Source: Sarea resinae (lineage: Eukaryota). From it: DNA of 64,000 nt. Location of the stretch: the NCBI GenBank assembly GCA_026026165.1, contig JAPEUD010000029.1:1-64000 (forward strand), read 5' to 3'. Each line of letters starts with the position of its first letter. The first letter of the stretch is position 1. The notes beneath the pieces were generated by a model. That model saw only the letters and a list, made by a program, of their open reading frames with translations. It ran no database searches and was not told the origin of the DNA. Shown here in pieces: positions 10,639 to 24,571 of this stretch. Position numbers and translations under genes: made by a program.

Positions 10639-13233
10639 CACGGCAAGATGCCGGGAGATATTCTCGTCTCTCCACACTCACACTCACTCGCAGGTCGTCA
10701 GCTGCCACATGGTTCCAATATCTCTTGACGTCAATACGGGGTCTTTCCGGTTCGGTGACCGGATCGTGGTGTCGTGGTGTCGTGGGATCGTGGAATCGTG
10801 GGATCGTAGTGGTGTGGCGATGATGATGATCCAGCTGACAGGCGCGAGGAGCGCCTCTCCTGGGTGTGGGGGGGAGTTGTGGTGGAAAGGTGAAGACGAG
10901 TGCACCGTGAATGGTGTTCTCGTGTCTTGATTATTTCCTTATCAGCGATCCGACCGAGATACGCTGGTCGCAAGTCGATACGAAGGGCGCGATGCGACAG
11001 GGAGGGGATTCGCTCACGAGGTCAGCGAGCGAGTGACGGAGGTCTTCAATAGGCCAGGTCTCTCTCTTTCTCTCTCTCTCCGTCTCAGCCTCAGAGGGAT
11101 TCTCGCCACGAGGATGAAGAGAGAAGAGAAGAGAAGAGAAGAAGAGAAGAAGATGATTTGGATCCGCGATGGATGTTTGCCTCTCCCTGTCCCTCTCTGT
11201 TTGGTTTCACCGCTAGTGTCCAACTACGCTCTGCCGCTCTCGCGCTCTCTCCCTCGCGCTCTCGCACCAACTCTGGGGGATCGCCCCTGACCTCTGTTCC
11301 GGGTCGACGGATGCACGCAGCCAGCGATAAGTGAACACCGGCAGGATGCTGATGATGATGATAACCGTAATAACAATAACCGTAAAATGATGATACTTCA
11401 GACGAGGAATCTTTCACTGATCTGATCGATCCTCTCCTCTTCAATCATCTTTCACAGTCCCCTCCTCCCTCTCACTGCCATGCTCTCGGGCCACTCCCGA
11501 TTCATGCATTATCAAATCAACCGCAAGACCTTACCCTCTGACTCTCTCCCGTCGCTACTTGGTACTACTGCCGATCGAGAACACCAACGGCCAACACCAA
11601 GCCGTGGAGAGCTAGATCGGGTCCGCTACGACTCAGCAGCAGGCCGGGTCCTGCTAGGACGAATCGACCGTGGTCGATGGCAGTGGAGGTCCTCATTGCT
11701 AATCGAACGCTCATCATGATCCATTCCATTGCTCCAGTCCCTTCTGCTCCGTCGTCCCCTTAACCGCACGGGGAAACGGTTCGGCCTACCGAGTTGGAGG
11801 ACGTCTTAGCTCTCTCGTTTCCGCTTCCGTCCTGTCCGCCGTGACCGGCTACGCTTCCTACTACTCTACCTAGGAGTACTTTACTCGATTCTACTATTAC
11901 GTAGCCAACAGACGCTGACAAAAAGACGAAAGGGTCAACGTCTGGATTGATCCCTCATCTCAATGTTTGTGTTGCCGTTGTTGCCGTTGTGGCCGTTGTG
12001 GCCGTCGTGGTTGTTGATGGCGTGCATCTTTGGTTGTCTGTGATGCGGCCTGGGCACGAGCAAACCGAAGGGTTTCAGTGACAAGCTTCAAGTCAAGTTC
12101 GGTCGGGCAGCGATGATAGAGAGTACCAAGTACGGCGTACTCGTCCTTCGTACTTGGTCGTTGCCGTGACTGACAGATGATGCATGGTCGCACCGCATTG
12201 GGGTTTGGGTACGGATACTGCCCGTGCGACGTAGGAAGAATGCATGGAATGGAAGCCACGGCGTCTACTCGGTAACGCAGGACAGCAGCACCTCAGACCT
12301 CAGTCTTCCATTGCCGAACAATCTCCACCGAGTCCAGTGCCCGGGCAGGACAGTCCCCAATCCTCAATCGTCGCAACGGTGCATGTCCGTCCCATATCAT
12401 CCTCTTCTCTCTTTTTTCTCCCCTCTTTTCCTCTTGAAAGGCAGAGCGCAGAGGGTAGGGAGGTACCTGTGTACTCCCTCCTGGGCCCTCCTCTCCTTAC
12501 CCCGTACGTAACGGTTACGAGATCGCCTGCGCTATTATTCGCTGCCATTTCACAACGGCCTTGGGCTCCAATATCCCCCATCGGGGCCATCGGGGGCCAT
12601 CCCTGAACGCGAGAGAGAGAGAGAAGAGCGGGCTTATCTCCGGCCAATGGACGACCGCCCATATCTGGCATCCACATGCACGATGCGTGCATGTGTGAGC
12701 TCTCACCGCTTTTGGCTATCGAAGCTGGAGGGATGCCCCCGAGGGCTCCAGGCTCGCTTCCACCCTGCCAGATCCGATAGATGCAGGGACTGAGGACCTT
12801 ACGTAGTACCTACCTAGTAGGTTGCTATGAATGACTTGCTTACCAACAATGACCAACAACCTACATAGTAGTGCATGATCCTGCTGTATGTAAGACCGTA
12901 GTAAGGCGCCTATTACGCACTTTACGCGAGCGTGGTTTACTAAAGAGAGAGAGACCCGAGACCCGATGTGGTAGATTGTTGATGGCTCCATCTCTACGGT
13001 AGAAGACAAAGGAAACGGAAAAGAAGACCAGATTGATGGCGACGAGTTATCCATCATCGAAAAGTGTTAGTGCCAGTGCTAGTTGAGGCAAGGGAAGTTT
13101 CTCGCCCATGATGCATTCGCCAAGTCGCCCTTGGAACTCCAACAAGGACGCATCGTCCAAAGCAAAGCAAGCGTGTACGCAGTAGACAGACTCCATAGCC
13201 AATACCCAAATCAATCGCGTGCCTCCTGCCCTC

Positions 13234-14700
13234 TCAGTAACTATGACCTGCTGCTGCTGCTGCTGCTGAGCCCGCGTAGCTTTCGGCTAGCGTCAAGCCA
13301 TCGAATCCTAATTCGTCAGGCGCGAGATCCTCGTTCCCGACCCCCACGGAGCTGCCCCCACTGTAATAGTAGACTTCTCGCGTCGGATCGGTCTCGCGCA
13401 GGAAGTCGTAGCCCAGAAGCTCACTGATGAGCCTGGCCGGACATTGAATATCATCGAGATTGTCAACGACACCTCGCCCGAGTAACAGCGCCTCGGCAGA
13501 GTCGACCCAGATCGAGCGAAGATCGGGAATATTGTCGAGAACGGTCGAGAGAGCAGAGGGCAATGATGGCGCCTCTGATATCGGAGTCGAGCTGCAACCT
13601 TCCTTGCAGACCAATACCGTGGGAGTGGAGAGTGCCGGGATTTCAAAGGCTAGCGACCCGTCCTCCTGTTGATGTTCGACATAGATCTGCTCCTGCGCTT
13701 TGCTCTTGACCGGGTCTGAAGCTTCGACGAGGATCTGGATGTATTTCGAGAGATATTTCCGCCTCCCCGCGTACGAATGGATGACAAAAATCTTCCCGAT
13801 CTCTTCGATCCCCCCAAGAACAAGCAATGTAGCCGCATCGCCATCAGACGGTGGTGGCCTCGTCCATCCTCTCCGGTACAGTCTCTCCATCAGTCCTGCA
13901 TAGGTAGTAGGTCGAATTTGTCGTGCGAAGGATTGTAGGAGAAGCTTGTAGATCTCATGTGCCTGCATCAGTCTCTGAGAATCATAGGTTTTCATGATTT
14001 CAATTTCCAAATCTGCCGGCGAGGTGTGACGCCGCTGCCCGGGGCTCCGGTTCAAATCTATGCAGTAATCCAGCAACGCAGATCTGTAATTTTCGAAGAA
14101 ATGCATGAGTGTATACAGAGCCGGGGTTATGGTTTCTTCCATCTTTCTTCGTCGGGATTCAAATCGTCTGCGCTTCTTTGCAGTATCCATTAGGCATATT
14201 TCTCGAAGAATGTACTCTCTAACTTGAAAAGCTAGCCTCCTGCCAATCCGTTGTCGGCGAGCCAGACTGAACAGGTAGTGGAGATCTACATCTGCGGATG
14301 GTGGAGGGTAGAGCTCCAATAGATGCTCGGGAAAGAAGTGTTTGATTTGATGGCGGACGATAGGTGCTTCGTTTTCTGTGATGAGTCGATGAAGAAGGCG
14401 TGAGCTTCGGCGTAGAGAGAGGATGTCCGGAAAAGGAATGTCGGAGAGGATCTGCATCTGCAACTCGTTTGGCAGGGCAAAGAACAGCCTGCCAAAGGAA
14501 TTGCTGGTAACATATGAGCTGCCAGGTCACATCCCAAAATCCCTGATGAAACCGACGACTCACAATTCGGGTCTTGAGGAAGGGTCTTTTAAAGCACTTC
14601 GTTCTTTGCCTTTTTCTCTGAAAGCTTTCAAAGGTGCCACCAATCTCGTCTGCATCCTGCAGGCTCCCCCAGTAGATGCCAGTCCATTTTGTTCGGACAT
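13234..14700 (-). CDS. F-box domain protein
   Basis: Exon 1 14700-14564 (start codon uncertain), intron 14563-14504, exon 2 14503-13234. F-box motif FFALPNELQMQILSDIPFPDILSLRRSSRLLHRLI. Confidence 0.75.
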
Positions 14701-17700
14701 GGTTCTCTCGTCACCCACGTGAGCAGAATTGTGGGAGGTAGCAGAGAACGAACTTCCGTGCCGGAAGTCTTGAGCTAACATTTGTATGTGTCCAAGCCGC
14801 CGACGTCTTAGCTTCGCTGGTGTACCGGTCATAACAATGCAACGCCGTGACTTGAAGCAACGGGCAAATCGTTGAGTTTGTGGCCCCAGGCGATTATGTA
14901 TGGGCGATGCTCGTAGGTAGCGTGATACGGCCGTGTTCTGCTTTGGAATCAAAGTGCTGATGGATCTAGGTGCACCATGTCTGCTCCAGAACGGTCACGA
15001 CTTCCACTGGCGGTCAGAAGCTTCGAGTGAATGGGCACAGCGCAAAGACCACGATGCTCTTTCAGCCTTGATATAGTGAGCTGTCTCGATGCCAAGAGAT
15101 GAAGGTAATTCCCGATTGCGAGCTCGCGATTGCTCTCGGCGCGGTGCTCCGTGCTCCGTTGCCACTGCGATGAGGCCGGCAGATGCTTGGGAAGCTGTAG
15201 GAAGCTCAGCACGAGACTACCTACTCTATGTCCCCGAAAGCATTGGCCAGAACGTTTTGGGGCGAGAGATCATGGGCTGGCCGGTAGTGGTCACAGGTAT
15301 ATAGACTCGCAATCTAACAAGAAGAAGTATTGTTCTCTGCCGTAGGCCATGGCAGGCTGAGCCAACGAGTACTCTACATGTCATATTTGTCGCAGCTAGA
15401 AAGCGACAGCTTCGACGATATAAAGGGCTAACTGCTAACTGCTCCGGCCACGGGCGGGATCCATGGAGGTATGGGGGACGAGGCGACCGATCATCGATGA
15501 TGCACGGGGATTGGCGAGTAGATGTGTACTATGAGTAGATGTGCCACGGGCGCCCCACTTGAGGGACGATATATACGGAGTATACAGCCATTGGTGGCAC
15601 ATTAAGCTTCGTTCCGGCTGGTGCCCGATTCCACGTACTCATAGTACAGAGTAGTCGACCGGAGTCACATCGAACGAGAAGATCGACAGCCGGATCGAGG
15701 AGAGGGAGGGAGGGAGGGAGGGAGGTACGAATACCTCGCGATGGCCGTCCTTCGTGGCTACCTCCAAGTACCTTCCTCACCTTGCGGATAGCCATTCCCT
15801 TTGGTAAAGAGGCCCCCCGTGTGCTGGCGATCAGATGATTAGGTAAGGTAAGGTAGGTTGTCAACATCCATGGATCGATGCCCTCGACTTGGCACTCTCG
15901 TACTCTACGGATTCCCCGATGACTACATAGTATGTATCTCTCGGAGCAGAGCAGAGGACTTCCAGGTTGGTACGTCGCGGTGAGAGGCGTCCAAGGCGAC
16001 TGGCAGCTCGTGCTCACGATATCCTCGAGAGTGGCCATCGGATGCTGAAGCCGAGAACTACAAGGATTAGACAGTGCGCCTGCCTGGAGCGCAACGGTCA
16101 CCCGTCCGTCAATAGATGAATGAGGTCTACTCTCACCATGGGCCTACAGGACAAGGTGCCTTAGGTGGGTGATCTAATATATGTCGAAGTCGGCTACTGG
16201 AGGCCAAGGTTCGAATAGCTGGCGTCTATCGAGTACCTGACGCAGAGGAAAGTCTCTGGCTGGCCCTGGAGCTTGAAGATGCATGGTGGCTGCATAAGGC
16301 AGCGCATAGCGCGCACCAGGGACTCACTCGAGTGTTGCTGCTGCCCCTTCAGCGGCCAGGCGTACATACGGAGTACATAGTACTCGAGCTCGTAGGTAGT
16401 ACGTCTGCATCCTGGATATCAGATCCAGTCCAATCCAACCTAATGCATTGGATCTGCACCGTCTCTGCCTGCAGACAGGATCCATCCATCCCTCGACCCT
16501 GATACGGTATCTCGAGAGTAGGTCTTCGTACTTACCGTATTATTGTAGTCGGCTGAGATGGCTCTTTGCACTTTGCACTTCCCACTTCGCACCAGTGAAC
16601 CCCACATAGAGCCGTCGTTGACGCGTCATATTGGTCTCGTTGATACAACGGCGTCGACGTCTAAACCAAAGCATGCATGAGGCAGTCGAATCGATGGATC
16701 AAATGGATCCATGATTACTTCAATCGTCATGTCAAGCACCACTCATTGCATCAACGTACGAATACTCCATGCATGAAGGGTGTGCAGATCCTGTTTCATA
16801 CTACGTAGTCCGTAGTAGAGTAGACCCCAGGTACTTCGTACTTCGTACAAGCTGGAGGCGTCCTCTCCTGATTCGGATGCGAGGTGAGCGCTGAGATAAT
16901 ATACCGCGCTCTAGACCTGGGCGGATGATCCCATGGCGGAATGCTCAATCGACTCGGTGGCCCCGATGAGGCCTGATCGACATGAGATGCGGAAATAAGA
17001 TGCACTATTCGTGTGATGAATCTCTTCCACGACTGAGATCGCCACTAGGTCTGGCCAAGCTGTTCCCTGATAGCCCTCAGGGCGGACATACCTAGAGAGA
17101 GAGAGAGAGAGAGAGAGAGACTGAGAGAGAGACTGAATAACGAGGCATGCGGCACGGCAATTAAAGATGACAGGGGCCCAACGGCCCGTCCAGCCACGCG
17201 CACAGACTACTAACTCGAACGGATCACGACTAGCGGAAGTCATCCGGGGCATTGCCGCTACATGCAACACAGGCACAATTGCCTGCCACATACGGGACAG
17301 TGCAAAGCATTCACGAAACGGGACCATATGACAGTCAACAGGTGCGGACCCTCGACGATTGCACGCGCCCTGAGCACTATTCTCGGATGCTTGCCTCAGG
17401 CGGTCTGCATCTGCGAGGCGCAGGGACGCACTCATCCCCTATCTGCCATTGGATGGCCCCTGAAGAGATCTGCATTACACAGCACCAAGGTGGTCATCGC
17501 TTTCCAGAGGCCACCTTAATTTGCTCCTGTGGCCAATCATCTGGAGAAGCGGGGGACCTCCCAGGATATCGTCTGAGAGATCTACTCCGAGTACTCTGGA
17601 GTATGTGAGATAGTCGACCGTCAACATCTAGCGCGGCGACGATGTAGTGTACGTCCGATGTCGTCGGACACATTGAGATGTTATGCAAAGATGAATAGGT

Positions 17701-18106
17701 GGTGCAACGATATGCACGCCGTCGTCGGTCCACATCGGATCGTTATATTCTAGAGCCATGTCCGCCGACTTGAGCTCAACTTCAAGACTGCAGAAGTGCA
17801 TCAGGCTGGCGCACTTTGCCAGCACGAGCGTGGATTATTCCACCACTAGGCGGCCATCTAAACTCTCTACATACTCGCTATGTAGATGAAGATCTCGGCT
17901 CCACGGCGCCTAATTACGGATAATCTATCATGACAGATCCAGTTGTTGGCACTGGTGAACCCTTGAGTGGATAACCTCCTTCCATTACTCCGTACAGAGC
18001 CAGTCCAGGCTCTGGTCCGTCATTTTCACCGCTGTTTGTATCTGATGGGCGATCTCCTTCATGGATGGCCCATAAGGGCCGTGACGTGCGTGACGAAATC
18101 CCCGCC

Positions 18107-18735
18107 TTATGATGCTGCTTGTGCTTGCTGTTGCTGTTGCTGTTGCTGCATGGTTGTTTGGATTTGAAAGACCTTTCCATTGCATTGTGTAAGTGACCGT
18201 GGTAGACGCAAGGCGTAATGAGGCTGAAATCTCACCTCCATCTTTTTCTTCTCGCTCGACTCCTGTATGTCTGCTATCTGCTTCTCGACCCGCTTACTGC
18301 CGGCTCAATCAGCACCATGTCTTCGCGCCTCAAAGTACAGAATGGCCCTCTGATGCCGACCACGTCGCACGTACATTTCCTTTTCGATGAACTCCAGCCG
18401 GCCGTCTACGGCCATCACAGCTTCACTCTTATCCTGCTTGAGCAGTACGGGCCCGACGATTTTGTAGATATTCGCGTCGTCCTTCAACTTGGCAAATTCC
18501 TGGAAAGGTCAGACCGGTTCGCTAGACTGAGAGATTCGGATAGCTAACCTTTTGCACGCCCTTGTTCTCTTGCTGCTGCGATTCCAGCTTCTGCCGGGCG
18601 TCAACCGCAGACTGTAACTCTATAGAGGCATTAGGTACGTCTCAAGGCTCGCAGATCTCAATAAACCGCATTACCTCCTTGTAGCTTCTGGTACTCGTCC
18701 GAGAGGCTTTGAAGCTGTCTTTGTGGATCGGCCAT
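18107..18735 (-). CDS. YKE2: Prefoldin subunit 6 (Yke2/Gim1)
   Basis: Exons 18735-18675, 18619-18549, 18499-18375, 18296-18236, 18172-18107. Protein MADPQRQLQSLSDEYQKLQGELQSAVDARQKLESQQQENKGVQKEFAKLKDDANIYKIVGPVLLKQDKSEAVMAVDGRLEFIEKEI..., ending in poly-Q. Confidence 0.92.
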
Positions 18736-19155
18736 CGTGAAGTTGCGGTCGTGGCGACGATTTGCCCTTTGGCACCTTGTAGTCTTCGTAGGTAGTTTGC
18801 CTGCGGAGCGGAGCGACGTTTTGCCAAGCTTTGGCGAGGTTCTGGCTCGCAGTTGGCGAGTTGACGACAACCACTATCTATGTCAGAGCCAAACACCAGA
18901 CTTTCGGCCGGCTACGTGCAACAATCGTGACTGTTTGATTGTTGTCCCCACGATTTCTATATCGAAGACATTATCTCCTAGAAGGGCGATTCATATCTCA
19001 TTCGCCATCTTGCAATCCATTATCGGCTTGTTTACCCCGCCCTTCCAGCCCGTGACGATCGCTTGCCACAATCACTAAGAAAGGACCGCCGGAGGGCATC
19101 TGGGTCCAGGAGTCTTGCGTTTCAATCACAGTATCGGCAAAGCAGCGACTTCACC

Positions 19156-20834
19156 ATGAGTAACACCAATTTCCTCATGCGCGCGATCGACGTGGTCAAG
19201 AAGGCCATAGAAGCCGATACGGCGTCGGAGTATGAGAAGGCGTACCAGCTATACTATCAAGCCCGTGAGTGCATCTACGATCGAGAGATAGAGTCCGCAA
19301 GGTCCACTAACATTTATATAGTGGAACTCTTCATGCTTGCTCTGAAATGTGAGTTCTCGTGCAGATTATTCTACTTGATTGGCCAGTGTTGACACGGCTA
19401 CGGCATACAGGGGAGAAGAACGCGCAGGCGAAGGAGATGGTTCGGGCAAAGGCGGCGGAGTACATGGAGAGGGCTGAGAAGCTGAAGACTCACCTCGCTG
19501 AGAGTGATAAAAGCACCCGGAAGAAACCAGCGGCAGTTGGCGCGAATGGAAAGGTCTCTGGAGGTGGTGGAAAGGGGAAGTGAGTTTGAGGTTCTCTCTG
19601 CTGTTGCTGTTTTATAGTATACTGGGCTAGGGGAAAAGCTTCGGAGCGCTCGCTTTACAATGGACTCATTTTATTAATCGTCGAATGTGGTTAGGGACGA
19701 CGACGACGACGAACAAGACCCAGAAGCCAAGAAACTCCGCAATGCTTTAGCAGGAGCAATCCTTTCAGATAAACCCAATATCAAATGGGAGGACGTTGCA
19801 GGATTGGAAGGCGCGAAGGAAGCACTGAAGGAAGCGGTCATCCTTCCCATCAAATTTCCTCATCTCTTTACCGGAAAGCGCCAGCCATGGAAAGGTATAC
19901 TTCTGTACGGGCCGCCAGGAACGGGTAAAAGTTACCTCGCCAAAGCAGTTGCCACCGAGGCAAACAGCACATTCTTTAGTGTCAGCAGTAGTGACCTCGT
20001 GTCAAAATGGATGGGAGAGAGTGAGAGGTGGGCACACATTCATGATACCGCTACCAAAAGCGACCCCGACCTTGGATGAGCACTAACCGGTTTTCTAGAC
20101 TTGTTAAGCAGCTCTTCAACATGGCTCGGGAGAACAAGCCGTCGATCATCTTCATTGATGAGATAGATGCTCTCTGTGGTCCCAGAGGCGAAGGAGAATC
20201 CGAAGCGTCCCGACGTATCAAGACGGAGTTACTCGTCCAGATGGATGGTGTCGGACGTGATTCAAAGGGTGTACTGATACTCGGCGCGACGAATATTCCA
20301 TGGCAGCTCGACGCTGCCATTCGGAGACGTTTCCAGCGACGGGTCCACATCACGTTGCCAGACCTACCAGGGAGAATGAGAATGTTCGAGATGGCCGTGG
20401 GAACAACACCGTGCGAGCTAAAGCCAGCAGACTACAAGACTTTGGGTAATCTGAGTGAAGGATACTCCGGAAGTGATATAAGCATTGCCGTGCAGGATGC
20501 TTTGATGCAGCCGGTGCGAAAGATTCAAACCGCAACGCATTACAAGAAGGTAGGCCTCTTGCAATCTCGTCCTCGATTTACGATACATGACTAACTTCTG
20601 GTCGGAACGCAGGTCGTCGTCGACGGCGAAGAGAAGCTGACACCGTGCTCCCCGGGGGATGCTGGCGCAATGGAGATGAGCTGGACGGACGTTGATTCAG
20701 ACAAGCTGCTCGAGCCGGCCCTGACGCTCAAAGATTTCGTCAAGGCAGTCAAGAGCGCCCGGCCCACGGTCAGTGCGGAAGACATCAAGCGCAGCGCAGA
20801 TTGGACCGAAGAGTTTGGCCAGGAAGGCGCGTGA
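19156..20834 (+). CDS. VPS4: Vacuolar protein sorting AAA-ATPase Vps4
   Basis: Exons 19156-19264, 19322-19348, 19411-19579, 19695-20027, 20099-20549, 20613-20834. MIT domain, Walker A GPPGTGKS, Walker [10 protein letters not shown]-terminal EFGQEG. Confidence 0.97.
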
Positions 20835-20879
20835 TTGGCACTCTTACGGCGACGAAATGGAACGCGGGCGAGCGGGGTT

Positions 20880-21700
20880 TGATTCCGGGGGTGTCTTCTT
20901 TTTTTTTCTCTTTTCCTTTTTTTCTTCTATAAAACATCATCGTCGCCGTCCGTTCTGGACCTTGCTTGATAAGGTAGCTGGAGGTTAGGGTAGGTGGCGG
21001 GGGGGTAAGCACCGGCGTTGTTTGGCGGTAGCACCACAGCAGCAGCAGCAGCAGCATTGATTTTCCAACCTGCCGTAGTCATCCGTGTCAGTTTTCCATT
21101 CTGCTCTATAGTACAGTCGAAATATATCGGGACTTTCGAAGTTCGGAGCTAGCTATCGAGCTGTGTGCTGGAGTTCTCCTGCATGTATGTATGTGTGTAT
21201 GTATGTGTGTATGTGTGTTCGACCATCTCGTCCGTCCTGTCTGGTGTTTACATGTATTTTTCAAGCACCCGACAGACAGATAGATAGATAGGCAGACACA
21301 CAGACAGATATGTCTGTCTGTCTGTCCGTCCGTCCGTCTGTTTATCTATTTACCTATCTAAGCAATATCTCATCATCACCACCCTGGAAATGACTGGGAT
21401 ATGGATACCATAGTCTCACGCGCCCGAGTTTGCTAGATAGGGGAAATGGTGAAGGAATGGTTTTTGGTTATCTTTGGCTGGTTTTGGTTTATTTATTTGT
21501 CTATGTGTGAGCGATGTGTGAGCTATGCTATGCTATGCGACGCCAATGCCATGCCATGCCATGCTAGGTTATGCTACGTTACGCTAAATGCTTATTCCCA
21601 TGTCATGTTTTTTTTATAACTCAAACGGATCCATGTTCCTTGTTCCTTGTCCCCTTGCCTCTAGAGACGATGAGGAGGAGGAGGAGGAGGAGGAGGAGTG
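20880..21700. repeat. Microsatellite-rich spacer between convergent VPS4 and GRC3
   Basis: Arrays of (CAG)n, (TATG/TGTG)n, (AGAT)n, (TCTG)n, (GCTAT)n, (GCCAT)n and (GAG)n 21672-21698. Confidence 0.8.
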
Positions 21701-21810
21701 ATGGACTGATTAAATATATCTAGCATCTCACAACCCCACTCACGTTCCCCCACTCAGATCAGAGAGGGATGGCACCCATTGCCCGCCCCCCACCCGCCCG
21801 TCGGCCCGTC

Positions 21811-24313
21811 CTACTTCGCCTTCTTTCTCGACCCCAGATTTCGCCGGACGCGCCAGACGCGGTCTCCAGCGTCGACCTTCTCGCTCCCGAGGCGCACGGA
21901 AACCCAGGGGATGCCTTCGCCGGCCCCGGCGGCGGCGCCACTGCCATCACCCGAGACATCGTCGACGCGATCGTCGTCGTCGTCGTCTTCCCATCCGTCG
22001 CTGGGGCTACCTCCCCCATCTCCATAATTCGCGTCGGGGTTGTCATCGTCGTTGTTCCCGGTTTGGCTACGGTCGTTTTGGGGGGCCCCAGGCCGAGGTC
22101 CAGACTTCTTGCTTCTTGTCGCATGACAGCCCTCCAAGTACGCCCATCCGGGGATATCCATGCGGCCCGCCACGAGGACGATGTCGTGGCCGCGCTTGAG
22201 ATGGTGAAGGAGTACGGCCGCCGGGATAGGGGTGAGGAGATGTAGATTTTGGTTTTCGGCGTCGATGGCACGGACGAGGGCCACGCCGAGGGTGTGGGAG
22301 GATTTGGGGTCGGGGGGTTGAGATGGCGCGAAGAGTGGTGTGTCGTTTGGAGTGGTGTGTGGGTAGTTGGCACTGGTATTGGAATCGGGGGCGGGGGCCG
22401 AGAGCAGCCGTGCCACCGATGGAGCCGGAGGAGACCCCGAAAGAGAAGAGGGAAGAGATGACGACGGGGAGGCGGAGCGAGACTGAGACGGAGAAGGTGA
22501 TATAGATGGTTTCTCGAGCACGACGACTGCCACGACTGCCCCGTCTAGGATTGTGGGGATTAGAGAGGGCGGTTGCGGATCTGCTAGGATGATAATGTCG
22601 CTTATTCCTGGCTTCTTTCTGGCTCCGGAGCAGGTGGAGGCTGAGACCGTAGGAGTAAAGGTGGAGGAGTAGTGAACGATGTATGGTGGATGCGACGTCA
22701 GTGGTTTGGATGTCCAGCGTAAGTGGTGATCGCGATGAGGGTCATCAGCGATGTGGAAATAGGCCAACGACTGCATGGCCCTCAGGTCCCTTGGAGAACG
22801 ACTACTCATCCCCGCTCCTGCCATACCGTCCAGCTTTTGCTTCCAAGACGCCAATTCAACCAGCGAAATACCAATCTGTTTCGTAGCTTCAGTCACCAAC
22901 ATCATCGCTTCCTGTGGATCTTCCCCCATGAAAACCACACCCGTGGGCAGGATCTTGCGGATGAGGTCGGCAAGGACATCTGCACCTAGACCGTATACCC
23001 AGCCGGAGCAATTGATGACGAGAGGACAGAAAGGGTTGTAGGTTCGTAGGCGGTGGTAGTGTTCTAGGAGGTCCATGGCGCAGGCTATGTAGTGGTAGGG
23101 GTTTTGGTCTGGTGCGACGGAAGCTATGCTGTGGGCGCGGACGAGATGGTCTGGTCCGTTGCCATGGGGTAGGCACGGATGGGCATACGGTGGGCTGAAG
23201 TTAGGAGTGTGAAGATGGAGGAGGGAGACTTGGCCGGGGGGTGAATATTCCGGTTGGCCGGGATCAAGGTCGAGAAAAGCCACGCCGTTAGTTTTTTGTT
23301 TTGGTTGTTGGACAGATATCTGAGCCTTGGTGTTGCTATTATGGGCGCAGACCTCGGCGTAAAGTAGATGGTTCACAAGAGTCCGAGCAAATGTTGATTT
23401 GCCCGTCGACTTGGCACCGCAAATCAGAACCGCAGGGAGTTTGCCAGAAGTATCGTTACATGTTTGGTGGATCGCCGCCCCCCATTCTGCAGGTAGATCT
23501 AGACCAGAGAACGGGCGACCGAGCGGATCACGGCTTGACGCGCGCAACTAGCAACATTGTGAGTCATGGGTTTCTGGGACTGGACAGCAGAACCTACTAG
23601 GCTGAAAGACCTCGGATACACTGATAGCATGTTGTTTATCCCCTGCGGGTCCTCGTTCCAGATACGTCCAAACAGCGGAGACAGTCGACTCAGATGGCGC
23701 ATTCCATGCTTGCAATGATGGAGTTCGATCTCAGTCCCTGACTGATCACTAGGGCTGCGGGAAATGGCCTTTATCCTTGGGATGGCATGCGTAGAGGGCG
23801 CATAGACTCTATATCGTTTTGGTCCCGCTTGGATGGGGGCTCCCATGAACATCACTGCCCCCTTCTTCACTTCAAGGTCATACTCCCCAATGACAGCCAA
23901 GCTCTAGTATTGAGTCAGCCAAGGTCTCGAGACAAGCAAGAACGAGGACGAACTTACTTCTCCATATCGGAGCAGTAGCCGAACCGCCTTCTTGGTATTG
24001 GAAAGGATGTTTTTCGGTGAAGGTTCAAAGGTCGACACCGGATCCTCGTCAGGCTGTTTGGAAGGGCCACCGCCGCGCGGCCCCGACGAGGTCGTATTGG
24101 GCTCCTTATCAGCGCCTTTTGAAGGGTCATTGACGACAGGCGTGCGGTTCTCAGAGAGCTTGCGTGCTTCTGGAGGTGTGGGTTGCAGCTGCGCGCGAGC
24201 CCTAGACGCGGCAAACGCGCTTACGGGCGCTGGATACTGTCAGCATGCGTGCCTGGGCTAGACAGAAGTGTAAACACACGCTGAAACGCCTCTCCGGCTT
24301 TTCTTTTGTTCAT
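21811..24313 (-). CDS. GRC3: Polynucleotide 5'-hydroxyl kinase Grc3 (Nol9/Clp1 family)
   Basis: Exons 24313-24280, 24229-23958, 23903-23598, 23547-21811. P-loop GAKSTGKST, Clp1-type LDLDPGQPEYSPPG, and VINCSGWVYGLG. Confidence 0.9.
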
Positions 24314-24571
24314 GCTGGCGCCAGCCGCAAGTTGCGGGCTTGCCATGCTTCGAGATCCTCGTAGGGCTGATAATTATTTCTGGCGGCGGAAACGAAATAA
24401 ACGTGCTGTCTCGCGAGGGAAACTTAGCCGACGTGATTTTCGTATCGCCAAAAGTTTCGGCGCCGTGAATGCCACAATTTGCCTACTAGCGCCTTGAACA
24501 ACTCCCCCGGCGACGAGACATTGGTGGGAATTGTCAGGTCTCGATCAATTCGAGAACCAGGCGCTGTCGCG

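Noticed and set aside
11343..11433. Box C/D snoRNA-like layout (TGATGA...ATGATGA...CTGA with a short terminal stem)
   Set aside because: The C-box matches lie in a (GAT)n microsatellite, stem spacing is non-canonical, and I could not identify an rRNA-complementary guide. An Rfam or snoscan run would settle it.
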